From Takakia lepidozioides (Eukaryota > Plantae > Bryophyta): 64,000 nucleotides of DNA. The stretch spans positions 85,808,001-85,872,000 of the forward strand of contig CM060731.1 of the NCBI GenBank assembly GCA_030704615.1. Direction: 5' to 3'. Positions 48,882-63,000 of this stretch are shown here, piece by piece. The translations under genes were made by a program, and so were the position numbers. How positions within the stretch are numbered: the stretch's first letter is position 1; every line of letters begins with the position of its first letter. The notes below the pieces were generated by a model. The model did not search any database. It worked only from the letters and a program-made list of their open reading frames with translations, and was not told the origin of the DNA.

Positions 48882-50749
48882 TGTGGCTAGAAAGCAAGCA
48901 GCTCACAAAGAAGCCTTGGTCTATCCGTTCTCTGCATCAATCAGGTTAACTCCTTTCACCATATCTAAGGAGCTCCCCCTATATATCACATGTTTCATTA
49001 TCCGGGGCGGCTGAGTTTGATCCCCACTCTCCTCGTGCACTCTGCCAGGTGACTAGAATGTGAGGCAAGTGCAACCTCCTCAAGAGATTTCTCTTGGTGT
49101 CAACTACCTCTGTCACAGCTCTATCAACTGTGCATCCAAGACACTTACTGCGAAAAACCACTCTGCCTCCCTGACAAGTTATTAGCAGTCCCAGCCTGTA
49201 GAAACACCTCGTCTGTTCCTGAGGCATTACTACAGAACCTCCTTCTAGTATCAAACAAGCATACCATCTCCCCAAGGAACTGTCTGCCCTACCGTACCTT
49301 CTCCTTAAGAATTGTTCTCCTCTCATGCATCAGCAGCATTCCAAAGAGAAGCGTCCAAGCTTCTAAAATAGCTTGCATTTGCCTCTAGTAAACTCTTTCC
49401 GACGATCTCTCTCTCGAAAATTCATCATCTGCATCCTCACCTCCTCTGGGTGTTTCTCTCCTGACCCTCCACGATCAGCTGTACCGGCATACCAAAGAAC
49501 CATCTCTTAGCCCCACGCACATGTGCGGCACTGAAGTCCAAAGGCCTGACAACGAGGGTTGCCTGCGGACGCTTCCTCACACGCACGTGCTCTCCTATAT
49601 GTCTGCTCTGCTGTTTGAAACATTGGCCCCTCCTTTTTCTCTTAAACGAAATGTTTCTACAAGGTCAGCTCAACTCTCAGGGCAGAGTAGTCCAACAACC
49701 TTGTGCAGAAGCAAGATCTGTAGCAAAACAACCACAGCAGTAGATCTGGAGCGTCTTGCTATGTGGAGATTGTTTCCTCATTGTCACTTCTGTCAACAGC
49801 TCCTCTATGTAGGCCTGTAGCCTGAGCATTTCCAGACAGATAGTCCTCCTTGGCCCTTTCATGCCTGACTGTTCCCCACATAACAGTGAGGAAGCCAAGA
49901 GAGCCCATGTAGGATTCTTACCTCAAGCTTCAAGGGCGTGCACGGCAGCTCAAGCGGGTCTGAATCCGGTTACAGTTGCAAAGGCGAGGCGGAAGTAAAT
50001 TCTGATGGCGGACCATTAGTACCATGAAGTGGAATCCAATGCATCCGATACAGCATTGAAACCTTGGAGAAGTCCCATCTCAGAAGTACGCCGGTGGTTT
50101 CCTCAATAGTTGGTTACTCATGCTGTGTCCACACTACACATTCTAGGAGAGCGCGTAGGTGTTATCATGCGTCTTATCGGCAAAGGCAACCCACGATGCA
50201 AACTCTTTACGAGATCAACCCTGCCTGACCGCAAGAACATTAATATCTAAGTTGCAGTCTAGGTGGCATGGAGCATTGCAGACTCGCAGCCGAGAGTTGT
50301 GGGCGAGCAGGATGAATGAGGCGCGTGATGGTATGAATGTCGTGCAATACACGGTGGCTACAGTGCCCTAACTACTGAGTGGGAGCGGATGGGCTGCCAT
50401 GCAGTCATGAACTCCCCCGCAGATGCTGTTTGCTGGTCTTGATTACGTCATGAGATCTGGGACAGTAAATTCAAGCTCGTGGTGTGGAATTTCAATACGT
50501 GCCATGGGTGATCATTAGGAATATGCGGGGGGGACTGGTGGCTCAAAGCCGTGGCCTGAATGCATGTCTGAAAGAAGCCGGAGTGTCTCGACCTGTTCCA
50601 TGTCGTGCCTGGATTGCTTGGGAATAGATTGATGGTGTCAGTCTTCTAGCCAGTAAGAAACGATAACTTGAACCATGGGGAGGAAACATATTCCTGGTGC
50701 AACGGTCCAAACAGCGGGGCCCGCTGACAGTTTTGGGAGAGAGAGAGGG

Positions 50750-50806
50750 AGAAATGAAATGAAATGATACTTTATAATGTCCGCAGAAAGCTTAAAGAGC
50801 TTATGG

Positions 50807-50857
<51 letters not shown>
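50750..50857 (-). repeat. Short LINE/SINE 3'-end with (CATTT)n tail, next to a (GA)n microsatellite
   Basis: cccataagctctttaagctttctgcggacattataaagtatcatttcatttc on the minus strand. Homologs on + at 56826-56893 and 62773-62830. Confidence 0.7.
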
Positions 50858-50859
<2 letters not shown>

Positions 50860-51089
50860 ACATTTTCACAGATAGACATGGATCGATTGTATTGAAAGAC
50901 AGGGCCAGGCAGAGACGGTGAGGCACGGAGGTGGGAACCAGGAGAAATTGTAGTTGTTTGGAGGAAAGACAAAGATGTAGGAGACAACAGTCTGTTGTCA
51001 TTTTTATGTGTGTTCGAAAGAAAGAGAGATAGAGGGAGAGGGCGAGAGAGAGCAAAGTAGTATATTGATGTGAATAAAGCAGGTGCAAA

Positions 51090-54000
51090 ATGGCGGAAGA
51101 AGAGGACTCAGAGACTCAGAACGCCCCTGTCAGAGGGGTAATGGAACAAAAAATGTTTGATGCCCTCGAACGAGACATTCAGGAGGTAAATACAATTTGT
51201 ACATACTGTATGTCATGGTGGCTCTCCTTGCTCAATACATCGACCAGGAAAAAACCTTCACAAGGAGAGCAATGTGAGTCAGACTGTATTTACCAGTATA
51301 AAAAGGCCTTCAAATGATTATTGCAGGGTAGCAGGACTTCAATAGTGCAACTGTCCAGGATGTCCCCGCATGTGCTTACATTTGCATTCACGATTAGAAG
51401 TTAGACACAGAAGTGGCTTTAATCAGGTTTACCCTTCTTGGTCATCAAGCCAAGATGTAGCCTGACCACAGCTCCTACCTTTAGTGGCTGCAGTCAAGAT
51501 GACAGGCCATGTTTCTTGAGCATATGTAATACCTACCAGATGCGTGAATGGCTATTTTCCATTTTCACACCTCTCAATTGAGAGGATTGGCCCTAATTGG
51601 ACCTTAGTGTTATCTCACAAATGCATCCATTCCCATGAGGTAACTCAGATTACATTTGAGCACCTGCAGGCAGCTACGATCCTGGATCAGATCAAATTAA
51701 CTCAATTTGCCACATTTGGGCCTACTTCAGCCCTTCTGCTAGAACTGTTAGCTCCTTAGAAGATACCACCTTCTACCTGCTTAGTAAAGATTTTAAAAAG
51801 CTGGTAGTCCAAGCCTATACTTGCCAGTTATTCCAACTCCATCCGTGAAGAAGGGTTGCTTTCTGGGCCGAAGCTGCACACCTGGGATTCATCAGGTCTC
51901 GTTGTGATTTCAATCCTACTAATCACCCAAGTCAAAAATGAGGTATGAGTCTGTTCAGTCAATTTGTAGAGGTTCTCTACATACTACAGAATTTATCTAC
52001 CTCCTGTAATTTAGGGTTAATACCCACCCATGAATACATTGTATCAAATCTGCATTCTGAGATTTTTGAATTGCTGAGAGTTTTCCATGGGTGCAGTTTT
52101 TAACACAGTTGCAAGAAGAGAAGAGCCTTGATCGCTTTCGTGGAGAGTATGAGAAGCTGCACCGTGCAGTTCTAAAAGCACATGGTATGCCAGTATTTGA
52201 AGACACAAGATGTCTTTTAAAATTGAAGGCCTTGTTCCCTCCTGTCAAGTTTCTCTCACATCCTTTTGAAAAGAAAAACGAAAAATGGTTGACTCCTGCC
52301 AAAGCAAGCATAAATTATGGTCTCACTTCACCCGGAAAGGGGCTACTACCTTCCATCAACCTTTTGACTGTTAAGGACACTTCTTTGCCTCCCTCTGCCT
52401 CCTGTACTTTTCTTTCTCATAGAAGATGGTTGTTTTGCTTTGACATTGGTAGAAACTAAAACTATACACGTTGATGTAAGGTCTCACTTTACGGTGAATG
52501 CAGAGATGGAGAAAAGGTTGATCAGAAAATGTAGAGAGCTCAATAATGAGATCCAGAAGAATGCAAAGAAGGTTTCCACTGCTCAGAAGATGAATGAGGA
52601 GGACCAGAAAAACATCCTCTCACTCAAAGCAGAAATTGACAAGTGCTGGATAGTTGTGGATGCCTCGCAAGACAAGGAGGTTGAAGCCAAGGACAACATC
52701 AAGTATATCTCACCACCAAGGATACTCAATTGGCTATGGTCAATTTTGCAATGCCTCTCTATCTAATGCATTCATCAAATCGCTTACTTTTGACAGCTCA
52801 ATTTCTTGTTTCTCCTATTAGGCGTGTTTTTGAAAGGGATACTATAGTTTGGCATTGATGCAGGCAACTGAAGGTGGAGATTGCAGATTTAAGTGGTATT
52901 GTGGAGGGAGGTGTCACTGCCAACATGGCCCAAGACACACAGGTGTGTCTACTTTGCCTCTCCCCACAATATTGTCAATCAAGTTGGGAAGGTCCTCCTA
53001 AAATTTGATCGAATCCATCCACGGAAACCCCTTCAGACCTCTAATTCTGCCCTGCCCCCTTGTTTCTTGGGGCTTATCCAATTTGGCGACCCCTCTGAAG
53101 GCAGGGTCACCCCCGCCAGCCAGCCCCACACCCTCCCTTTCGTGGGGGCCAAGACAGTCTCACACCCCCATCCATACTGTTCCAGAAGATTCTCTCTCCT
53201 TCAAAAGGACAGATATGTCTGCCAAAATTGGTAGAGGGGAGGAAAACAGCAACAAACATAAGTGGCCCCTAGAGATCAGGGGGACCAAAAGACAGTGCCA
53301 GAGGAGATGTCTGATACGGGCCTCAAAATAGACTTCACCGTTTCAGACCGTGTTAAGAACTAGTATGTGAGATCCCAATCTGAATGTTGAATGTGCTCCA
53401 AGAGCCATTGATATCTATGTTTCAATGCAGAGGATGGCAGGGTCTCTGCTCACTTTAAGGTGGTAGTTCTGACAGGTGGCAGATTTGGAGAGAGAGAAAG
53501 CCAAGACTTTCAAAGAGAGAGATGCGCAGTTAGCTCAGTTACATGACCTGAAGAAGGAACTGGATGAGTGGAACGAGAAAGTTCGACTTGCTGAGCAAGA
53601 CAAGATAAACTTCGAGCATGACCTTGGAATGCTCAAAGACCAGCTTGCTGCCAAACGCTCGGAGTGTGACCGGTATTTTTTTGCTTGCCTGCGCGTACCC
53701 TGTGCATCTTCTGCCTGTCTCTGTCTTTGGCAGGAAGGGGGGAGCAACCCCTGGGTTACACTAAAACTCAATGGAGCACGCATAATCGTATTCCCAATCG
53801 CCCTATCTGTGTGATGGGTGTGCTTGGAGATGGATAAGGAGTTTTAGGGATGTAAAGACAAAATTCATAACTGAGAAAAGTGTGACACTGTTTGGTATGG
53901 GTCCCTGTGGTGTGTCTGTGGATGGATGGCAAAAACAAAGAGGGCAGCAACCAAGCAGGCAGAACGAGCCCTTCGCTGAGAGTTCAAAGGGATTTTCTGC

Positions 54001-57000
54001 AGGAGAAAAGTCATGCTGCAGCAACACCTGACTTATCCGAAATGTTTACGAATCCAAAGAAGAAAACAATGAAGTTTGGTCTAACCTTAGACTTGCCTGA
54101 ACTTGATCCATGTGTCTGCTCATTCGCATCCATGCGACCTTTCAGGGAATTTATTTGGAGGGCCAGCTTGAGAAGCAAGCACAAAAATTATATCTACTGA
54201 TTAATTCCTGAACCTGTGTCATTTGTGTGACAAGAAAAGCAAGATGGGGAAGCACATACAAGTGTTGCGTTAATGTCTCCCGCAGAGAAATCAGGAAGAA
54301 AGATCGACTGGAGAAAGAAATGAAGGACTTGAAGGTCCAGATAGAAGCATGGCGAAATGAGGTGAAAACCAAGCAAGCACAGGTTCTGGAGGGCCAAGAG
54401 CAAGTGGACAAGCTAGATGTTGTGCTAAAAGAGCAAAAATCAGTATCTGACAGAGCCCAGAAGGAGCTTGATTTGGTGCTTCAGAAGGTACACTGCCGCA
54501 GCATTGGCATTTTTCATTTTCTTTTTTATCGGAGGGATGGTGGAAGATAATACCGTCACACCTGCTTGATTACTCAATTTGTTTGCTTCGCTACGCTTGT
54601 AGGTTGCAAAACTAACTGGAGATCTGGAGGAACAAATCAAGAATAACACAACGCTACTCGCTGAAAATAGCCAGAAGCAAGTGGAGATAACACAAAAGGA
54701 GGAGGAGATCGAAATCCTGAAACAAGAAATCATTCGTGTCAACAAGAGGAGACAATAAAGCGATTGGTTGTTCTGCCTACGCTAAAAGCATTCTGATTGT
54801 CACAGATTGTTTGACCCTTAAATAATGGCCAAGTATTGTTGATATTGTACAAACTTTGAACTGTATATAGGGAGCGAGATGTGCCGAGCAGGATGCAGGT
54901 AGGGCTGAGCTTGTGGTAAATCATTTAGCAGTCCCATAGAACTGACATGTACTTTCTGGCTGGATGCATACACGATGGTGCTTAGATACGAGAGTCCACT
55001 CTGTCCAAACTCAAGGCAATGGAGTTTGTGAGGGAAGATTTGGAAAAAGAGAAGGAAAAGTTGATCGAGCAGAGGATGAAAATTGAGAACGAAATTGAAG
55101 TTCAGAATAAGTTAGCAGAACATGAAAGGAAGCGAGCAGAGGAGTCGATTCGGGAACGTGATGTTCTCAATAAGATGAAAACCGAGGTGACGGGTCTTCA
55201 GATATTCTCACTTACATTACCTCTTAGTCCTTCCCCTGTGTCAAGCCGTCCAGCATCTGTTATGAGGTAATTAAAAGTATTGACAGACAAATGGCATCTA
55301 CTCTTCTTTGCTGAAGTGCTGTATATTCAGCCATTTGACGTCATCATTGTCTGAAATGAATGGCTGGATCTTCCTTATAAGATTATTGCAACACCTCAAG
55401 CAGAAGCTAGGTCTCTACCAGTCACTGACCATGGGGTGCCATGCAGAGTTCATGGGGACCAGCTTATGGTTCAGTTCAAACTGTGTCTGTCATGCTGTGT
55501 TGTTGCTTTATGCTTGTGTCACTTGGTCTGTCACTTCCCCGAATTTCAATCTAAATTTGGGTCTAAATTCTATCACACACCACTTGTGGTTTGTTTGGGT
55601 GCATGTGAGAGCAGGCAGAAGGTGCCACAGTGAAGCAGCAGGACCTGGTCAAGGTCAACCAGGTGTCCATTCATAATCTAGAGATAGAGCTGAACCAGTA
55701 CAAACGTGCTGCCACAAAACAGGAGAAGATCATTTACAGCTTAGAGCAGCAAAGTGAGAAATATGGGGCGCAAGCAGCAGCTAATGCAGCAAAATATTTG
55801 GCTGTATGATCTCTGCACGTTTGCTCAAACTGTTGTTTTCATAGTTGAAAATATATGAATCACCTGACTCCTTGATTACAGTCTTATTTTAAGATGTGCT
55901 GGAATGTACTCCTGACTTTTGAAATGTCTCTCTTCGTCTCTACCCGTCGCAATAGGATGACTTGCAGAGCAACGAGAGCCAGAGGTGTCAGATCTGTGGC
56001 AAGCTAGAGTGCTCAAGGAGCAATGCTGAAATCAAACTTATACTTCATAGTATGATTTTATGCCAGCCAATAAATCAGCAATCATTCCATGTAGACCAGA
56101 TTGTCATTGCTGTCCATATGCGCTCTGGGAATTTTGTCTATCTTGGATACTCCTACTCGCTGAACCTCTTTCAAGTCCTATTTTCATCAACTTGTTCCCA
56201 TCCTGAGCTGTGAGGAGAACAGTGGTGACTTTTCTGTGGACAATTGGTGACTGCAGAATACTTAAGGGGATAGTCCCTGTGGAATATTCACCTCCTGAAG
56301 CTGGGTGTGAAGTACATGGGGCACACGTGCTCATCCAAAATGCCATTTTTACTAAGGATGACACATCAGAGATAATGGCATACCAATGCCAGACTATCTG
56401 TCCAGTGCGTTCTCCACATCATTGCTAGAGCTTTGCAGACTTCCAGGGTCAGTTCGTAGAATCTCCAAAGGGAGACAGACAGATGGTTTAACATTCTGCT
56501 AATGGATGGGATTGTGCAGCTTGCCCATGCAAGAAGTGCAGAAGGACAACATTCTTGCTGCCTCTGTATCATGAGCCTACAGAGAGATAAGACTATCTCT
56601 TCAGAGGCTAGTCATTCTGGCACAATCATTTAGTTTCGAAGACCAGAAATGGTTGGCAGCATACCTTCGTCAGTCAATCTGTGTATCTGCTGCAAACTAG
56701 GCCTGGTTTTTTATCGCTTCTTGGTTTACTATGCATTCTTGTCTTATAAACAGGCTCTCTGTGGACATTGTAAAGTTAATTCCTCTCTCTCTCTTTCTTG
56801 TTTCTCGTTTCTTGTTTCGTTGTATCCCATTAGCTCTTTAAGCTTTCTGAGGACGTTATAAAGTACCATTTCATTTCATTTCATTTTCATTTCTTCTTTC
56901 TTTGTTTCTTTCTTCTTAGATTGTACTCATAAGACGTTGTTTGCCGTAGCCTTGTGGCCATTGACCCCGCGCCCAGTTTGAGCGGGAACAAAAGGGACAG

Positions 57001-60000
57001 AACCTACCTCTGTCAGGGGCTGACGTTGGTAGTGTGACTTACCATCATATATAGAATTAATCCGGGTTTTCCAGATATCCTCTAGAAATCCCTTCACACA
57101 AGCATCAATCTACTGTGTGTGATTTGCCCAAAAACTAGGCCTCAGGAGGGCCTGGGCTTTTGGCTCAGCCTCAAGACTTTAAAAGTTGTTAAACAGGGGT
57201 ACAGGCACAATTCCCTTGATAGAATTGAAGAGAGCGTCTCTTTGGTGAGAGAATCCCGGACAGTGTATCAGAAAGTGAATACTGTCTTCAGATTGCCCAC
57301 ACAGCGGGCAATTGCACTCTCCCTTTCCTCTCTGCTTCTGTTTGCTGTTCAAAGGTAGGCTTCCTGCCCTGAGTTTAAATTTCAGTCTAGTGCCGAGAGT
57401 GGGTAGACCCTTGAGGTCATCCAAGATGTCCTCCCCCATGTCACTGACTGGAAACAAGTTCAGGGAAGTTTTCTGCCTAACTTCATTTTCATCAGACAAT
57501 CTCATGGCAACAGACATGGCTGAGGACACTACAGCCTCTAAGTCAGATTTATCCAGCAGGGTCAAGACTTGCGGATCCAGGTCCAGGTCCTTGAGAATCT
57601 TTTCTACTCTCTTCTGCCAGGACTTAGCCTGTTTGACAGGGCGGTCCTGTTTCCAAGATATAGAGTCGATTAACTTAGGATATCTTGTGTTGGGCATATG
57701 TTGCAGCTGACCCCACCATCTGACCTTGAATTCATCTCGTCGGGAGCTTAAGGACAGAATGCCAAACTCACCCCGAACAGCCACATTGGCTGTTTTGGAG
57801 CATGCTGACATACACTCCTTAAGCACCCCCACTTGAATGGATTCTAGAGACTTAGCCTGGTTGGAGTTATCAACCCATATAGCAGATCCGTACTCCAAGG
57901 CAGGTCTAATAACGCGACAAAGCATGGTTTTCTTAACCTCAGAGTTGACCCCTCTGCAGTGGAAAAATTTAGTGAGCCCCAGAGCTTTGCCCTTGCCAGT
58001 TTGAACAACTTTCCGGATATGTGCATCCCAATTACAATTGGAAGAAAACTCAACACCCAGGTAAGTGTAGGAAGGGAGGACCGGGATCTCTTGGCTACCC
58101 CACTGCCACTTAAGATCACTTCCTCCCTCTCCTCTGTCGTTGAATGCTACCACTGCACATTTGCTGACATTAGCCTCTAGCCCCCAAAGATCAAAGTATC
58201 TCTTCGCGCAATCAATCAACTCCTGGAGATTGGTTGGAGTCTCCCCTATGCCTGCGAAGTCATCCGCAAACATAAGGGCTGGTATGGTGGTATCACCCAC
58301 CCTTAACCCAAATCCCTCACTTCCACATCCTCGAGGAGTTGATTGATGAAAACATTGAAGAGCAGAGGGGAGAGAGTACATCCTTGAGCTACACCTTGGT
58401 CTATGTCAAAGAAGTTGGACTTCTGTCCGTTAACAGTGACACAGCTTTTGGTGTGAGCATACAAGTTGTGGACAACCCTCCACATCTTTCCCTTGATCCC
58501 ACAAGACCAGAGGCGGAACCATAGGCCATCTCTCCACACTGTCATAAGCCTTTTTGACATCCAGGAAAAAAACATAAGTGGGTTTCCCTTCTTTTTTCCT
58601 TCCCTGGATAATCTGGCTTAGAGTGAAGATATGATCCACACAGCCCCTGTTTCGCCGAAAGCCAGCTTGGCCTTCGTGGAAACAACCTCTAGACTCCAGA
58701 TCAACCTCGAGACGAGTACTTATAACTCTGCAGAATGTCTTGCCAACAGCATTGAGGAGCGTGATGCCACGGTAGTTCCCCGGTTCTTCTCTGTCACTCT
58801 TCTTGTATAGATTGACAATGACCCCCTGTTGCCAGCGAAAGGGGATCATTTCAGTCTTCCAGATAAGGTTAAAGAGGAGAACTAGGGCCTCTATCATGGG
58901 ATCGCCACCGTGCTTGATAAGCTCGTTGACAATACCATCAGGTCCACCAGCTTTATATCCATTTAAATGTTCAATTGCTTCCACAATCTCAGAAGAACTA
59001 ATGGGAGCATTATAAGCCATTGAAATATACTCCAGTTCATCAGGGCTGTTTTGAATCATAGGAACAGTTTTTCCAACTGTGTCCCTCCATTCAGCAGAAG
59101 ACCCCTCACTGTTAGACCTAGAAGTTCTGCCAAGGATACTGTAGTGAGTTTCAAAGGTTTTGACAATGTCAACCGATGAAGTCACCACTGCACCTTTAGT
59201 AGTCTTCAGCGCTTGTACTTGCTGACCGTTTTTCGGCTTGTACAAACGTTGAAGGGCCAACCAGAATTTCTTGTCATTACCACCATGGTGGTTTGAGTTT
59301 ATTTCACTGTATAACTTGTCCCAGTATAATTTCTTCTGAGACCTAACAAGCTGATTGATATCTTTACGGAGCTGGTAGTACCTTGCCCACAATTCTCTGT
59401 TGGTTTCCAAATTGCAGCACTCTTTATAGAGGGCTCGTCTCTCAGCTATCTTGAGTTTAATCTCATTGGTCCACCAATTAACTGCTCTACCGCAGACAAT
59501 TAGTTTCCTCCCAATGATCTTGTCAGCCACGGAGGAAACAAAACTCTCCCAAGAGTCCACTGCTCTTTCGACTTCATTTCTTGCGTTAACAGAGCGTGAC
59601 TGAAGTTCTTGGAGCGATTGGACAAAATGAGGGAGAGCCTCTTGCAAGGCCTGGACGTACTCAGCCTTGACCTCCTCATTGTGGAATTTTTCTATGCGCC
59701 ACTTCCGAATCGAACGTTTCACAGATCTCTTGGTGGTGGGAAACACCTTTTGATCTCAGTCCAAACCAGGAAGTGGTCAGAGGTACCAATATCAGTTCTG
59801 TCGATCAACACATTGGCACACTGGGGGAACAAAATTTTGTCCATTATGATATAGTCCACAATGGAACGTTCCCCAGTTTGGGATTTCTCACGAGTCCACT
59901 GCACTTGGTCACCTCTTGTCCTGTTATTCAAGGTCAAAAGCTGAAGCTCTTCTAGACAGTTAATTAACCGTCTGCCATTAGAATTCAGCTCGTCCTCACC

Positions 60001-63000
60001 AAAAGGTCCAATGATATCGTCCTGATGGATCCCTTTGCCCACCCGGGCATTGAAGTCCCCCAATAGTACCACCTGACCTTTGGCAAGGAACGAAGCACAG
60101 TCCAGCTTTACATCTTCGAAGGCCTTGTCTGCGTCAGCACTAAGGGTCCCCTCTGTGGGCATGTAAACACAACCAACAAAGAGGTCCTTTGTACTCATGC
60201 CGCCCTTCAGATTCAGTTTTAGCCAGATACTATGCTCGTACCTCAAACCCTTGTTGATAATTTCACAATTGTCAAACAAGAAATCACGGACAAAGAATCC
60301 AACCCCTTTTTGACCGCGTTTGGCAGAGGCTGCCTTGAGAGTACACTTCTTACCTGCCCATTTATAACCATTGACATCTCCAACCAGTTTATCCGACGTT
60401 TCCCATGTTTCTTGCCCAGCACAGATATGAATATCATTAGTCCGAAGAACTTGTCCCACTTCGAGTTGTTTCCTTTGGTTGGTCTTTCTTCTTAGAGAAC
60501 TGACCAAAACGATCTTATGGGGCAGGCATGCGATGAACTCCGCAGCCGTGAACTACAAATAATGGATGTACAGAAGAAGATAATGGAATGGGAGAGCAAG
60601 ATTAAGCAACAACAAAACATTTATGAGGCTGTCCGAACTGAGCGCAATGCGTACAGTAAGAGCCTGTTGGAAGCACAAAATGATATTGAGGAGATGAAGC
60701 GCAAACTTAAAATAATGAATCATCTAGTGGAGCAGCTGAAGGAGGAGATAAACTCCAAGGACGTTGCTCTCATAAAGGAACACTTTGACCATCAGAAAGT
60801 ATGTAGTAGCTATGGAGTACTTGCATGTATGATTGAAAACATCTGTAATTGTTTGTATGACTATTGATGTTCCTTTTGATAATTTAAATTGTTGCTCAAA
60901 GGAATCTTTTGCTGACTAGCTGCAAGCTCGTTAGACCGTAAGGTTGGGTAAGAAAGCCACGTGTGTGTTGGAATGAATACATCATCTCCTTGTGATCCTA
61001 GAGAGTTCTACATCACTTGTGGAGTTTTCAGGTACTTTTCAGTGGACACAAGTATCTGGCTGAGTGGGATTGCTGCAATTTTCTCAGTGTTGGTAGAACA
61101 AGGAGGTGCAGGTGGAGAAGGAGAGGGAAGTCCTGAGGGGGGAGCTGAGCAAGGGACAAGCCAAAATCAAGCATGCAGAGGTTGCGATTGGAGAGCACTT
61201 AGCCGAGATTGACAATTTGAACCACATTATAAGCAAGGCAGATGCTGAGCACCTTCGCCAACAGAAAGAACTTGAAATCATCAAAAGTGAGCAGGAAGTC
61301 CTTGGCGCTCAGGTACTTAGCTTTCTTGGGGTAATGCCAGAAGTGTGATCTGAAGCACCAAATTAGTGCTGTTGTAAAGAACTCATGAGAAAGTCTGGAA
61401 GGCAAGAATCAGCTGTGTTTTTTACCAGCAAGTCCACCTAGAGGTTCCTTGATTGTAGTGGACCCCCCCCCCCCCCCCCCCCCCCGGCCATCATTCTGCT
61501 CTCCTCCGATACCTGTCGTTTCTCGCATTTTTTGCTCACTCACATCTCTATTGCCACTAGGCTATGGCAAAAGAAGTGTAACGAGTACATCTCTTTATTG
61601 CTACAGCTGATAAAGAAAAACGAGGAGTTGGCGCTTGTTTATGAGAGGATCCGAATTCAGGAATCAACTCTTGCTAAGGGGCATGCAGAATACCATAACC
61701 GTCTGAATGAGCTACGCATTCTCAAGATCAAGCTTACAGACCTCAAGCGCGAGCACACTCTTCTCACAGGCACTTGCAAAAACATTGAAGTTTTGAGACG
61801 TGAAGTCCACAATCTGAGTCGGGAACTTATTCAAGAACGAACCAAGGTAACTATATCACATGTCCTAACATTTCATAGCATCTTTCAAGGTAGTTCTAAG
61901 TACACTGCTTTGACCACCTCTAAATAGTTGTTAAATGCAGGTGAAGGCACTCACTGTCGAGCTAGAAAACCCACTCAATGTGCATCGTTGGCGCAAGCTT
62001 GAGGGCACTGACCCACAAGCCTACGAAATGATTATCAAGATTCAAACCCTTCAAAGGAAGCTCACCCTCAAGACAGAGGAGGTCAAGCACTTGTCCCAAT
62101 ACTCTGATTATTTCCATCGTTACCTCACATCCAAAAAGATTCTTTGCTGCTAAAAGCTCGATTAGCCATGGTGCTTGATGGTCAAATGCTGTACACTAGG
62201 GTTCACCCAAGTAAACAGGAGCCTGGTAGTGTCTTGTGGAGCCATTTTCAATATTTTACCTCATTTCACTGTTTCTGTTCAAGATAGTGTATCTCTCTAT
62301 TTTGGACATGTACTTACTCCCTCAGCACTTAGGCACGGCGGATGCACTGGCACAACTGATACTGGAACACTTCCAGGGAATTCTTCTTCACAATTGGGTG
62401 AGATGAGCCAGTGGTTAACCAGGGATAGGGCGCTGATTTAATGTTGGCTGGTTGATGATGAGGCTGATGATAGCTTTGCTGGTGAGATTTGGAGTTTGCA
62501 AGTGACAGTCCCATTGGCAGGTAATAGAGAAGGACATACTGATACAAGAAAAGGAGAAGCTGTATATTGAACTGCGCAATGTATTGGCACGACAACCTGG
62601 TCTTGAAGTGGCTGATCGGTTGGTTAGTTATGCACACAATTTGAATGAAAAGACGCAGCAATTGAAAACCATGTCTTCTGAACTTGATATATATCAGGTC
62701 AACTCTCTCTCTCATTCTCCCTCTTCTGTGGATGTCGCTCTCCCTCTTTCTTGTTTCTTGTTTTTCCTTTTGTCCCATAGGCTATTTGAGCTTTCTCGGA
62801 CATTATGAAGTACCATTTCATTTCATTTCTCGTGATGATAGGATCTGCCTAATTACCTGTCTGCAGCTCTATCTCCCTCTCTTCTAAGGGCAATGGGGAG
62901 ATTCAGGGTGGGCTCCCACAGTCTGCGGATAGCGACTGGTAGGTGCAAAAATCTATGTTCTCTTGGGACATTCTTGGTCCTCTGTGATGATAGAATCTCG

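Noticed and set aside
60483-60525. LINE-donated branch point for CFAP58
   Set aside because: The TSD places the LINE boundary at 60482, so the CTGAC at 60500 is host sequence.
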